A stretch of DNA of 63,453 nt, the filler included, from Choristocarpus tenellus KU-1152 (taxonomy: Eukaryota > Protista > Phaeophyceae): assembly GCA_964200185.2 (NCBI GenBank). It is 12 parts of 12 records of this genome, joined end to end, with 100 filler letters (N's around TTAATTAATTAA, not from the genome) between each part and the next. Parts side by side here need not be neighbours in the genome. Positions count along the whole stretch, not along the records: positions 37,676 to 40,461 come from CAXNAD020024767.1; positions 40,562 to 48,647 come from CAXNAD020005168.1; positions 48,748 to 52,902 come from CAXNAD020015938.1; 9 more parts are not named here. One strand, given 5' to 3'. Made by a program: the position numbers and the translations under genes. A model generated the notes under the pieces. The model had not been told where the DNA came from and ran no database searches. It was given only the letters and a program-made list of their open reading frames with translations. Of the stretch, positions 37,813-50,650 are shown one piece after another (positions within the stretch are counted from its first letter, which is position 1; each line of letters starts with the position of its first letter).

Positions 37813-40274
37813 TCAACCAACTGTTCGCTGCTCTGTGCCTCGACCAGTCTGCCGTACAACTGTATTGTACATGTTCTGGATAACACTATACTGTGGGTCT
37901 TGGTGCGAGTCTTCATGGGCTAGAAAATACCCCCAGAGCTCAACGAATCTTGTTGCAGCTATATCCTTCCACTGTCTGTCCCCTCCACCCCCCTCCAATC
38001 CAGTACCAGCACCAGCAGCTTTTACCATCAGATCTGTATGAGGAGAGACATTCCATGGGAGGAGCTCACTGGCACCAAGAGGGTCCTTTATGTGCGGTAG
38101 GCCAGTGACTGCTCCTGAAACAGGAGAACGAACCAAATTGAGATATGCTAGGCCTGCATTCTTCAGGGTAGCTGCTGAGGTACTGCAGGGAGAAGAGGGG
38201 CGAAAAGAGGGGGAAGGGGGCAGAAGAGAGGATAGTACATTATGCCTGTTGTGTGAAAGAAACCACCAAGAAAAAATAGAGAGAAGGCAGGGGGGGAAAG
38301 GCACACACTGCCAAACATCAATCAGAGGGTAGTTTGTGAGAGGTAGGAATGGAATAAATTACCTGAAGAGTTGACAACCTAAAGACCGCAAATTTAATTA
38401 CTTTGCAACTTATATATATGGTACATGAGACAACGGAGCTGAGAGCTGAATTGACCATTAACAAAGTGTACCACATCTGAAACATGTACATCCAGTGTTG
38501 AGGCAATATTGGAATCACATGTGTCAACTATCATACATCTAATAAATCCAGTAACTAACTCCTTCTACCCACCCTGGCCATGAGTCCTTCCCCCTTCCCC
38601 TTGCAGTCATTACTTGTACCTTCTCTCGTCACGCTGCATCACAGCCTCTAGGAAGAGGGCAGCCTCAAGCATCCCAACAACCTCTGGCATTGCACGTTCC
38701 TTGTCAGGTACGGCCAGTGCCCGCTCCAACCCAAAAGCAGCAGCCTCAGCCAATGCATCATACACAATGATTCTAAGTGTGCTTTCCCACCACTCTGGAC
38801 CATATTTTTCAGATGGAGGCAACTCTATACCTGTGCCCGCATCTTTTCTTTTGCTCCTGCCCCAAACATCACCCCACCATGAGCACCAGCCCCAACATGC
38901 ATTGTTGTGCCTATCCCAGGCTCTACTGCCCCTTGTCTGTCGTGGACCAAATGCCTCACCCACCATAGTCCAGGCAGTTGCAGACTGTTGTTCCCAGAAT
39001 AAGGTTGATATAGGGGTTGCCCGTGGTACTGCTTTCCTCACTAAACCAACAGGTACTAGTTCATACGCTGTGTTCAGTGCAGGCTCAGGGTGACTGGGGC
39101 TGCCAACAAGAAATAGTTGCCCCGATGTAGTTTCTTGGTTGGCATCAAGAAATTGCAGAAGGGTGAAACCACCCCGTTCACGGAGGATCTCAGATCCCAG
39201 GGTAGCCGGAGCATAGTGGTCACCTGGAAAGACCAACTGAATATTGTTTTGTGTAGGTCATGCATGGGTAGTAAGCCTGCTGCATTTCTTGGATGTTTCA
39301 CTATTTCTGGGGTGCAAAGAAAAAAAGTTATGTAAGAGGTGAGTAATAGGTAGACTTGTTTCAGAAAGACAATGGCAAAGAAGAGAGGTGGGGCAGAGAA
39401 CTGTGAGGGCAAGAAAGTCGATGACAGAAAAGAGCAAAGACAGTAGATAAGAGGTGCAGGAAGAGAGTTGATCTTGTTGCTGTAAATGTAATAGACAATT
39501 TACCGACCCAAGTCTACACACCAAAACTTGGGAATGAGTGTGCCAACTTGGATGGTGCTAAGGAGTGAATGAAAAATGGATGAAAATCAGTGTGACCAGT
39601 AGACTATCAGTTCACACACTCATGGAAAATTATGTAGTATATCACACATCACCCTGCTGGTGGTGCTAGGTCTTTTGGAAGTACATTGTTACAATAAGAT
39701 ATGAAAATATACGGAGGAGTCATCATGGTCAATCACACCTCAGGATACAGATGTTTCTTGCTCTGCCACCATTGGAAAGTCATCATTGCCATATTGAGAA
39801 GTGTAACATCCTTCCGAACATCCTCACATACCTGCATATACCTGGTTGATGTCCACTGCTGACATAGAACCAGGTGAGCAGCGGTGGGTTAGATGATTTG
39901 GATATCCAAAGTTGGCAATCACCAAAAGGACGAACAGCTGCAGGCAGGCTATCTACAGCTTGAGATTTAAAAAAAATCTTGCTCCATATCTCCAATTTTT
40001 CACTTAAAATAGTAGCAAACTCTGACCCCAAAGCTTTCCAGAGCTGCTACTTCCCCACCAGTCAGGCCAGCAGGTCCCACTCACCATCTGATCATTATTT
40101 ATGAGGAGTACTGAGCCCTGAGGGAGAGGTTCCAGGACAGCCCTCGCATATCTGCTGAAGTACATAGCCTGACTCTGGTCCCCTACCTCATATCCTTTCA
40201 GCAACTGTGCACTGATCATTGCTATGCAGGCTGCAAAGGCTGCTATGACGCCAAGGGTAACACCCAACAATTTC
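37813..40274 (-). CDS. TMEM260: TMEM260/DUF2723-type protein O-mannosyltransferase, last four exons
   Basis: Exons 40274-40085, 39855-39739, 39236-38614 (or 38620), 38182-37813. They read [62 protein letters not shown]...VFPG...[10 protein letters not shown]...YELVPVG, which parallels the TMEM260 luminal region ([26 protein letters not shown]). Confidence 0.85.
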
Positions 40275-40405
40275 CTGCAAGAGAGCACAGTGTTGTTCAT
40301 TGGCATGCAGGGAAGACTGTGGCGAGGGGACATGGGCTTTTCCACTTCAATGGAAGCCAAAGCGTTAGCTAGCTTGCATCAAATTAGCCGCTTGAAGAAT
40401 GTTGA

Positions 40406-40461
40406 GAGTGAAAGTATGTTAGAGGGTAGGAGATTTGCCCTGTTTGTCCATTTGGGACTTG
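40406..40461 (+). mobile_element. MITE family A left end at a contig break
   Basis: GAGTGAAAGTATGTTAGAGGGTAG...CCCTGTTTGTCCATTTGGG. Confidence 0.85.
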
Positions 40462-40561
40462 NNNNNNNNNNNNNNNNNNNNNNNNNNNNNNNNNNNNNNN
40501 NNNNNTTAATTAATTAANNNNNNNNNNNNNNNNNNNNNNNNNNNNNNNNNNNNNNNNNNNN
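40462..40561. other. Artificial contig linker
   Basis: 44N-TTAATTAATTAA-44N. Confidence 0.99.
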
Positions 40562-41095
40562 CCCCCCAAGATACTTTGACCCAGGTTGAAATGAATAAAA
40601 GAGAAACAAGGGAAACAAATCCGGACAAAGGGGTGGCAGGACTTTCTCTTCTCCGAGCCAACAGCATATAATTGTAAAGACACTGCTTTGTCTACTTCGG
40701 CAGCCAGAGGGATTGAAATCTTCCTTCACATCCTGCTTCTCTTTACCAACCTGCGCCTTATAGCAGTGTCCACTGTGCAGTATAAATAACTAGCACTATC
40801 CTCAAGAAACACATCGATGCCTGCCTAGTCCCTCATCCCCATATCCTCAGCACAGAACACTTCATTCACTATTTGTTACCTTTATCACCATCGATGAATG
40901 AATGACTCAGACATAGACACTATGCACAAGAAACCTTGTCTGGTTACATTCACGACGGAAATATTCCTTCACTGCTGCTGCTACCAGCAGGCTGCCCATT
41001 TAGAAAACACAACCAGTCACAAATCACGACCTCCCCAACCCTCCCCACTCCCCTCCTCCAAACCCTTTTTTCTTAACTTTTCTAGCATGCCTCAC

Positions 41096-44000
41096 CTTCC
41101 TCCAGATGATTCAACTTTCGATCGTATTTTGACGAATGTTGCAGGCACCCGTGACAAGACCTATGTCCTCAAACACATGGAGTGATAGTGAAGTGAGCAG
41201 ATAAACAAATTGAGATGGCAAGCAACGGTAGAAAATGAAACAGTCATCACCATAGTCAATTTATTATTTATAGTGGTGAAGACGTGGAATCCATGTGCTA
41301 ACAAGAAGCATTAATGCCACAGACTGGCAGTACTACACACTAATCACAGTTCTTGTCCTCAACTAGGCCAAGGTAAGGGTCCAATGCAAGAAATAAGGGC
41401 AACACAAAAAGGTGAAGATAGCAACATGGAGGCAGGGGGGTCAGGAGGACATACCTCAAACATGTCTGGTCTGGTCGCCTTAAAGACCCTTGCTGCCTCG
41501 AAGGCGTCCATGAACGTGCTCTCACCTCCTTGCACACTGTCGTCAAACTCTATGCAGTGAAGGAGCTTTGGTGTGTGGGAAACAAGTACACGTCGGTTTG
41601 AAGGCATTGTTCAGCCCAGGACAAGAACAGCATCATATGGGATTGGGGCAAATATATTTTTGTGTTGTAGAGAGGAAGGGGGAAAGGGGATACAACTGGC
41701 AGGATTACATCAGCTGCTAATCTGCTCGGTGGAGAATCCAGTCAAACGAAAACATACTTCCAACCACGTTTATGCCTATGGTTACTCTCTTTTTTGTTTG
41801 TAGAAGTATCTATGTTACCACTTCCAAAGTTCCGGTTAGAATTAAACATCCTTCAGAATTAAGCTCTATTCTACATCAAAACTAACATAAGCTGCTGCTT
41901 ACACATTCAGTGTTTATTCAGCACTTTTTAAGACAAAATGACCGCCAAAATTGAAAAGACTTGAATAGCAATCCCTTGAGGAGTATCGATGCCATATCGT
42001 GGTCAATACCATAATTCAAAAGATGGCGAGGGGTGGGGGGGCACCAGAAAATGACAACAGAGAAACAAAGTATCTTAGAGGGTACAGCCGCGTCTATTTG
42101 AGTGCCAAAATCCAATGTTGAGGTTTTGATACAATTTTGGCTATCGAACTTGTTAGGAAGTGTCAATACCCTTGTTCCAATCACACCTTTTCACAATGCA
42201 AACATTTTTTCAAAGCTGAACAAGGCCCAGTAGTGGATTAAGCCAGACCTCTCAGACCAGCAGAAAGCCAACAGGGTGGGTTTCGTCATCAGCCACACAC
42301 ACAGGAAGGGGGGAAGTGGGGTATTGGTGGACGATCTAAATGACAGGGTGCATGTGGACAAGAAGTGGTTTTACATCCTCAAAGATGGGCAGGGTGTGTA
42401 CCTGTACCCCACTGAGGACCCCCCCAAAAAACCCCACGGGCACAGAATAAGCGTTATATTACAAAGGTGATGTTCCCTGCAACTGTGACCTGCCTTAGGA
42501 ACCTCTCCAACAGATTGTGGTTCGATGGAATAATTGGGATCTGGCCAATTGGTTGACACTAAGGTCGCTCAATGCTCCAGCAAACACAAAAAGGGCACCA
42601 AGGTGCTTGTGCCAGCCATGGTGGACAGGGAGAGGTATAAGAAGCACATGATCAAGGATGTCGTCCTGGCAATCAAGGCCTGCATATGCCTAGGCCGGAA
42701 GGACACAACATCTTCGTGCAGCAGCACAGGGCAAGGCCACACACCAAGGGGGAGATCATGGAGGCAATCAAGGAGGTGGTGGGGGACAGCATTGTCATAG
42801 AGACCCAGCCAGCCAACTCACCTGACTTCAACATCAACGACCTGGGATATTTTCATTCCATCCAGCAACCGAAGGAAGACATGGGGGTGATTAACGTAGA
42901 GAAGTGAAGGTCACAATGGACACATTCGATGTGTACCCTGGGGAGGCACTAGAACGTTTCTGGCAGAACCTCTTCACTGCCCATGGCAAAGTGCTCGGGT
43001 CCAAGGGTGATTATATCTTCACAATTCCCCACCTTAGCAAGGAAATGCTCAAAAGACGGATAAGCTCCCACCAAATGCCTCCGTAGATGCATTGAAATAC
43101 CATGCTAGAATGGAGTTTTGAGGGCTTTGGGGGCGGAATCATAGATAGGTGTAGGGTGTACCGTTTTGCTTGAGATTTTGATGTGCAACCTTTTAATGTC
43201 TGCACAATACGCCCAATATGAACATGTGAAAATAAATCTTGCTTCTTCATCGGAGCTGCAAAAGTTATGTTACATTTGATTCCAAACGGAGGAAGTAGTA
43301 GTTGTCTATTCTAGAAATCACAAAGAAACTTATGCCTTGACTCAATCAAGGTGTGAGCAACCATATCACTCCACAGGAATATACTTTGTAGATGTTGTTT
43401 TGGTCCAGTCTCAAGGTGTGTGCCTTCCACTCGGGTGCTCCGAGTTAACAATAATGAGGATGCAACCCAGACCATGCAAACCAGCCACCTTCTTTGAAGG
43501 AAAGATGAAACAAAACAATTATTTCTCCCTTCCCTTTTCTTTATCTACCTGGAACACGCTGGTGAAGAGATCTCCAAGATGCATGAAATATCAAGGTTTG
43601 TTTTAGAGACCCACCTTCATATTTTCATTTATCCAAAAAACTGAATGAGCAGTTTCATTTCATAAAAATATGACGCTTTGAATGCTGACACATACAATCG
43701 ATTATTTGAAGCGCTTCACTCAAAAATTGATTATCACAGGATTGTAAATACAACTGAACAACTAGTAGTTTCTCCCATTCCCACCCCCACCCTCAATCTG
43801 TTTTGTACTGTATGCTCCTCTTATAGTGACTGTTTGTCTCACCTGCAGTCCTGGTGGACTTTCATAGTACACCAGATCCATGTGAAGTTTAAGGCCTTTA
43901 TCCGTGTATGCAATGTTGCGCGGCTTATCCTAAGGAACAAAACAGATGACAAAAGGGAATACAAAAGATGAGTTGAATAGAATTTGGAATACTGAGGTTG

Positions 44001-47000
44001 ATACAGATCTGTGGGATCGTGAGGACTCATCCTAGACATGAAAGTCCGACACAAGAACAAAGAACAAAGAACACATCCACCGGAAATCACTCTACCTCTC
44101 CCCCACAAGTTGGGAACGATTCCACCCTATTTTTGTTAAACTCTACCACTTACCAACTGATAGAGATGTGAAAAGCATCCTTCCAATCTCTATCCCATAA
44201 GAGTTTATTGTGCTCTCCATTGGCTCAGACTGGTTTCTTACATCCAGAGAAACTAGAGGAGTGGCAATTTTGGAGTCTCTGTGAACACTCTAAGAACTCT
44301 TTGACCAGCTCCAGGGCTTCCAAGGGTAGTGGGTGGCTTCTATGCCAATTTGACAAGAATTACCTTGTGCCACATACAGTCTGAAGGCATTCATTCTCCA
44401 TCACCCCTAACATTAACAATCTAGCACTAGTGAGATACTGCACAAAAAGGGTTAGCACTTTTCTACTTGTGCTCGTGCAACTGCCTTGACTCCTCGGAAA
44501 TTTGTGTGTTGGTTTGGCGAGGTACACATGTGTATATACACCACCCGAAGACTCAAAGTATCTGGGAGGGGGGGGATGGCGGCTGTCCTTTTGGGGTCAA
44601 TTTTTCATGTCACGATTTTTTGGTGATTTGGTTGCATATGTCGGATGTATAATTTAAGTACACTTTTCCTGGTTATGGCCCAAATGGACACCCTGGTGTA
44701 GACCCCCCCCTCCCCACCCCCCAGATGGTTTGGGTCGTAAGGTACACAAAGGGCGTATTCCTGCAGGGGCATTTCCTCTATAAATATCAGCGCTGATATT
44801 TGGAAGCATTTTGGTTGGCACATTTCTATCCTAAAGTATTATTTAAAGACACAGTAGAGCATTCATATAATACATAATATGCATTTTGCTGTCAAATTTT
44901 ACAATTAAGAAGTTATTACAGATAGTAGAGAAGCATTTAAATGGCATATGGGTGGTCTTTTGACGTGAGGTGGAGCGCACCATTCAATAACTTTTGGTTT
45001 ATACACACCATTGTGGAGGACCCCCAATTGAGATTAGATCATCTGTGCAACCTACTTTTATGATTCGCCTTTTGATCTACCTACAGAAATTGGCACAAAA
45101 ATATAATTTTCTGTTTCAAAACACCAAAATCCAATTATGTCATGTGTAGGCTAGGCGGGTGAGGCAGGCAAGGCTGGAAAGGACGAGGTCAGTTTGTCAG
45201 GCAGAAGCAGGTGTATGTTCAGGATTTGTCTTTCAGGAGCGTCTTCTACTACATATGGAAATCCCAACATATTACATGCAATCAAATATCAGTATTCCAG
45301 TACACTCCAATGTCAATATTTGATACATCGATATTGCTGACATGGAGGAATGAGAAAGCAACACCTAGTCAGGAGGAAGACAAGGGTCAAAGTAGCTGAC
45401 ACCTGATATCTTAGCCCAAATCACATTGTCGTATCTGACTTCAAATCATGCAGTACTTTCCAATTGGTAGTTTGGGTGTTAGAAATCTGACGTCAGCAGA
45501 GATCCAAATATCAGGACAGTTGGACTGATTGGCAGTTGTGATTGGCGGCAAGGGTGCTATATAATAACTAACTGATACATTGAAGATGGAGTATCCTGTT
45601 AGGCATGACAGTCAACAAGGGATGCCCACTTTGACTTGGCACAAAGACTACAGATAGAAGGTAGGGTTAGGGTAAGAAGGGAAGAAAAGATTGTCTGACA
45701 TTAGTCCAAATATATACCACTTTGTATCTACAAATACCTACAAGTATTTTCTTTCATTTCAGGGTCCATTTTGTATGTTCTACTTGTATTGTAATTAGGG
45801 CAGCAAATCAGTTGAGTATTGAAGAAAGAAATTACTTCCCTCTCCCCCTTCAACTTCACACACCTCGCCTTTGACTTCAAATATATCTCCATAGAGGCAG
45901 CTATGGGAGACTGGACCTATTCTCTTCGCAAGAGCTGTCACATGTTCTTTTTTTGTTCCAGCATTATCCAGGATGCACATTCCGCTCTTGTTCACCTTCA
46001 TCAAGGCACTGTAGAGCCCGCCATCCTCATTCATATATTTTCCTGCATCCACCTTGCAGTGTGGGCCAAAACATGTAGACAAGGGAAGGAAGGCAGGCAG
46101 GTCGGGGGAAAAGTTTATTCAGAGAAAATGTACTAGCGTGGAATTATAGTGCGTCGGATTTTGGCATGCTTGTAGTCACAACTCTCTTCGTAGCCTTTCT
46201 CTTCTTAGGCTGGCCATCCCTCTGACATGTGCACAATTTGTAAAAAGTAATTTCATACACAAGGCATTACTTTGTACGGGTAACATGAATACAAGGTCCA
46301 GTACATCAATATTTCTTCCATCGCAGTACAGAATCATCCAGCTAAGAGGGATTCCTCTAATTCAAATAAAGTCACTTTGACTTGTGATATGTAGAAAACA
46401 AATTTCTCCCATGGAATATTGAAAAATATTACTCACAATGAAAGACATGGATATTTCTTCTCAAATCTAAATCCTTTCGAAATGTCAGCTTGCAAGACCC
46501 TTTTCCCACATTCTACAATCAACTATCGCCATCTACCAAGATGAAATGAACCTCAAAATTTTGTTTAATTTATTGAAAAATTGCATTAAGTATTTTCTTG
46601 TTGCTGGGGTACAAAAGAATAACCCCTGGAGATGTTTGGACCTGTAAGTCAAGGTGCACACAATCTTCTCAACTGCATCTTCACCCAGATAATTTAGTTC
46701 CCAATTCCAAGTCAGATGAAGAAAATAGACACTTTTCTTATGTAGTCACAGATTTGAGGGTAGTCTTCCGGCTCTCTGTCCAGATTCCTGATCGACCAGG
46801 ACTTACACACTAACTTTCAACTACTTTTCCCAGGCTGAGTGGAACCTCAAGTATCAAGGGGACATTTTGTACACCTAATATAATCAACACTTGATGTCGT
46901 GACCAATTTGTTGTTGTTCATGAGCTATTAAAGACTCAAGACCTTCAAAGCATTTTGGGAGATTTAGGCCGAATTAGCTTGTATACTACATCAGTACAGC

Positions 47001-48227
47001 AAAAATAGAGAAGACATTTACTGCATTTAGAAGGTGTACACTGAAATTGAAGAAGCACTTGGTGCATCACTACCCATTCAGATACATCACTTACTCCCTT
47101 CCTCACCTTAGGGATGGAGTCCCAGGAACAAAGGGGGACTGGCCAACTCCCGTAACTACGGTCATGCAAGGCATCAGAAGAGTTGTCATGGGCCCGCAGC
47201 CAGCTAGCTCGAAAACGACTCACGTGATCATCTGACCAGATAATGTCAACGTCCTCTGAGCCCTCTGATGTCACGATCTGTAGCAATGGGAATCAACAGC
47301 ATACATCATGCAGAGGTCCCCAACCAGCATAATGAGCACCAATTGTGTGGAAAGAGAAGTGCAGGGACATTCGAAGAACAGAGAAAATATAGCGCCATGA
47401 TGAGCAGAGGGAGCGGGTGCTTGAGGGGGGTACTGTCATGATCTATCTGCACCTAACCTTGATACCAACGAGTACATAAAATATACCTTGTACTTTCCCG
47501 ATGTAGAACATAGGTCGCAGACGGATGGGAAAGGTTCAACAAGCTTTGACTTCATGACAGGACCCGTCTCTGAAAGTTTCGCCATTCTTCAGCATTAAAA
47601 CTGCTTCAACAATGCAACCTGCTTATGTGAGGCCCTTGACCAATCGCTGCGATCAACACTCTCACATCGTAGTAGGGACAGGCATATCACTCACCATTGG
47701 TGGTTCTTTCAACATTCAACAAACATAAAACTTACATCAGGTTGATAGGTCGCCCAATCATGACAAATTCAGGCCGTAACATGCACCCGATAGAGAACAG
47801 ACAGTTTAGCACGTGACTAAGAAGGGATAGCACCTCTTCCCAACGATGTGACTACTACACGAATAGCACATTAAACATCACATAGACTCTGAAAGAGATT
47901 GACACAAACCTCCTTGGGGATGACAGCTCCGTCGATGTCCCCTGGAGACTTGATCCTTTGTCCAGAATCGTGACGATTTGAAGGGCAGTTGACGCGCAGC
48001 CAAATGAAGTTGTACATCGACGTGTGCCCATCATGCCATTGCACTTGTACAGTACGCCAGCTTTTTATCACCGCTGTAGCATCTATTAGTACAGTGCTCC
48101 TCGTGTGACTATGGTAGCTAGTCGAAACGATGGACATGTGAGACGTGTCACTGAAAGATAGCGATACTCGTCTAGCACGAAAGGAGTTCACCGCTGTACC
48201 TCTCAAAGCTCGGGAAAAGAGTGCCAT
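41096..48227 (-). CDS. Gamma-butyrobetaine dioxygenase/trimethyllysine hydroxylase-like Fe(II)/2-oxoglutarate dioxygenase (TauD family), first six exons, probable mitochondrial presequence
   Basis: Exons 48227-47910, 47277-47107, 46052-45864, 43929-43843, 41565-41455, 41160-41096. They give VQWHDGHTS..NFIWLRVNCP...SGQR and IIWSDDHVSRFRASWL (GBBH N-domain), NIAYTDKGLKLHMDLVYYESPPGLQLLHC (HxD motif) and GGESTFMDAF. The N-terminus is Arg/Ser-rich. The 3' end is off the contig. Confidence 0.9.
42060..42200 (-). mobile_element. Truncated MITE family A copy abutting a mariner relic
   Basis: CAAAGTATCTTAGAGGGTACAGCCGCGTC...ACACCTTTTCA is the reverse complement of the family A right half. Confidence 0.85.
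42215..43086 (+). mobile_element. Degenerate Tc1/mariner transposase, DD39D (plant/oomycete-type) clade, inside an intron
   Basis: Frameshifted segments RVHVDKKWFY (HVDEKWF), IFVQQHRARPH (QQDNARPH) and QPANSPDFNINDLGYFHSIQ (QPPNSPDLNxxDLGFF). The second catalytic Asp is mutated. Confidence 0.9.
44550..44736 (+). mobile_element. MITE family B, full-length copy
   Basis: GACTCAAAGTATCTGGGAGGGGGG ... CCCCCCAGATGGTTTGGGTC. Confidence 0.9.
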
Positions 48228-48647
48228 ACTTCCAATGTGTGTACTGGAGATGGAATAGTGTGTGGAGGATGTTCAAGACCTGTTATTGACATACATGCTT
48301 CCTTTTCTGTCGAAAATATCAAAATGTCATTCAATATATTATTAGTTCGATAATTGCACACGAACATACAACTTTTGGAGAAAGTTATTACAAGACAAGA
48401 AGACGACAGCTGCACGAATTGTGTTTGCAAAGAAGAAGAACAAGAAGCATTCTGTTTGCAAGCAGAAGTGTTGAACAAGAAGCATTGTGTTTGCATCCAT
48501 TGTATTTTTATTATTATGCCTTCTGACATTTTGCAGATGCGTCAGGGGGAAACCAATGAAAACTATATACATATGTGTAGAATAATATACATAAATTATA
48601 TTATTATGCCCTCTGACATTTTGCAGATGTGTCAGGGGAAAACTAAT

Positions 48648-48747
48648 NNNNNNNNNNNNNNNNNNNNNNNNNNNNNNNNNNNNNNNNNNNNTTAATTAAT
48701 TAANNNNNNNNNNNNNNNNNNNNNNNNNNNNNNNNNNNNNNNNNNNN
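48648..48747. other. Artificial contig linker
   Basis: 44N-TTAATTAATTAA-44N. Confidence 0.99.
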
Positions 48748-49122
48748 CTACATACGTTAAGCCGGCGTCAAAAACGGACGTCGGCACCCCCCCCTCCCCA
48801 GATACTTTGACCCTGTTACATAAAAACATTTCGTACATTTTGGAGGGGAGGGTGGGAGACTTACTACGTATTTTATATCAAACAGTCTCTCTTTTTTATT
48901 TGCCTGAAGTAGGTATCCCAAAGCCATGCCTCTGGGTAGCACCGTTGGAATAGTGAATAGATGTGCACAGCTCACCGTCATGTGAAAGAGGGCCTAAAAT
49001 AGTCCATAAGTGACCATATTCTTATTTTTTCTGCCATTTCTCTGACAGAAAATTAGGGAATGAAGTAGGCTCTATTCCGTCAAGGCTACCCAACAGATAT
49101 CAAACTCCAGGTACACGCAAAA

Positions 49123-49368
49123 GAATCAGAGCATTTAAGAGGGTAGGAGTTTTGTCCTGTTTGCCCGTTCAGAGCTTGGCTTCCCACAGGTTTTTATGTA
49201 CTTTCTCCGTTTTCTGTGTGAACACCGTAACCAAAAATGTATGAAAGATGTATCCGGAGCAAGGATATTGACACTTGCTAATAAACACGATAACAAAAAT
49301 TCATCAAAATCGCAAATTGGATTATGATCCGAACGGACACGGCCCTACCCTCTCAAATGCTTTGGCTC
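49123..49368 (+). mobile_element. MITE family A variant copy with GCATTT in both TIRs
   Basis: GAATCAGAGCATTTAAGAGGGTAGG ... CCTACCCTCTCAAATGCTTTGGCTC; interior colinear with family A. Confidence 0.85.
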
Positions 49369-50410
49369 TCAACCTCGTTTGGAGATCATCCACAGCGTTT
49401 GCATCAAGAAAAAAAAAATTGCGCAATTGCTATGCTCTGAAAAAAAAGGTACCATCGATAGTTATTGCTAGTCGTGAAGTAGATACTTCTAACTATTGTC
49501 ATACTGCCCCCCTTTCCTTCTGCCCCTAGAAGTGAATTTCATACTGCCTTTCTCCATAAAAAATGGTATGGCGTCGAAGGGATTGAAAGGCACAGAATAT
49601 ATATATGCTTGTATTTGCAGAGCGGTTTATTAGCTTACCACGGATCTGCATTTAGAAATTGATATGAGTATGAAGGTGCTGGAGCCCTCGAAATACTGAA
49701 TAAATATTTCCCTACCTGATTCCATTTTTCTGTTTTCTGGTGTTTTTGGTCAAGAGTTTGGGGGATGATGCTGGGTCGATTTTTCCTTGGGCAGACACCA
49801 GATAGATGGTCAACAGCTATCCACGCCAATCTCACTTGGGGGTTATCCACATTCGTGTTACTACAAATACAAAAAAAAATCGCTCTTGTATTATTAAATT
49901 GGTTCACTACGGCCTGCACAGATGCTTGGTGGTGATTATGCGCACAAAGATTGTTTGGGTGGAGGTGGCTTGCAGAATTGAGTGAGGTAGTAGTGTTAGT
50001 ACGCGCAGAGATGAGTGTGCTGGTACTGATGTGTTCAGAGGAGAGTTGAAGGGTAATCAATCAGCCGCACGGAGAGTTTCTGGAGGCCAATGGCGCAAGA
50101 ATGCAATGGGCTGATACTGGTGTGCACATAGATTGAATGGGAGACGTTTGCGAGGGTGGTAACATATATGCAAGTGTGAGTTGCTCAGTTTGGGAGGTAT
50201 GGAAGAATTGAGAACAGGGTGGTTTGCACAAAATGGGTTTAACTCTGATATTATCAGAACCTGTTCAAACAAACGAAATCACATAGAAATAAGGATGCAT
50301 TTTTGCTTCGTTTTTCATACTGCTGCAGTGTACAGAACCACCTCTCTCGTCTTCCTGAACCCCTACTGTCCTTGGTAATATTTTTTCACTTATTCGCACT
50401 CACTCATGAA

Positions 50411-50650
50411 AACCTAACCCAAACTCTAACCCTAACCCTACTCTTGTGTGCGAAAAGGTCAAAAACGGACGCCGTCACCCTCCCCCCCAGATACTGTGAT
50501 CCAAAAAATATCTCGAACCAAGAAAATATTCTAGAAGCGGGGGAAAATCGTGTGGACTGGGAAAACACAACCTCCAAAAGATCCATCACTTTCCATTTTT
50601 TTCACTCTTTTTCGAGAGCATAACTCTAACCCTAACCCTAACCATAACCC
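50411..50650. repeat. Two (CCCTAA)n-like tracts flanking a family-B-type TIR end
   Basis: Tracts at 50411-50440 and 50621-50650. AAAACGGACG...CCCCCCAGATACTGTGATCC near 50460-50502 matches 48770-48812. Confidence 0.75.

Noticed and set aside
42060-43086. DD39D mariner as the autonomous partner of MITE family A
   Set aside because: Adjacent only once. Family A ends lack TA TSDs and the CTCCCT-type TIR of DD39D/Stowaway elements, so nesting is more likely.
48511-48647. 47-bp direct repeat upstream of the dioxygenase gene as a regulatory element
   Set aside because: The second copy runs into the contig end; probably the edge of a collapsed ~90-bp tandem repeat.
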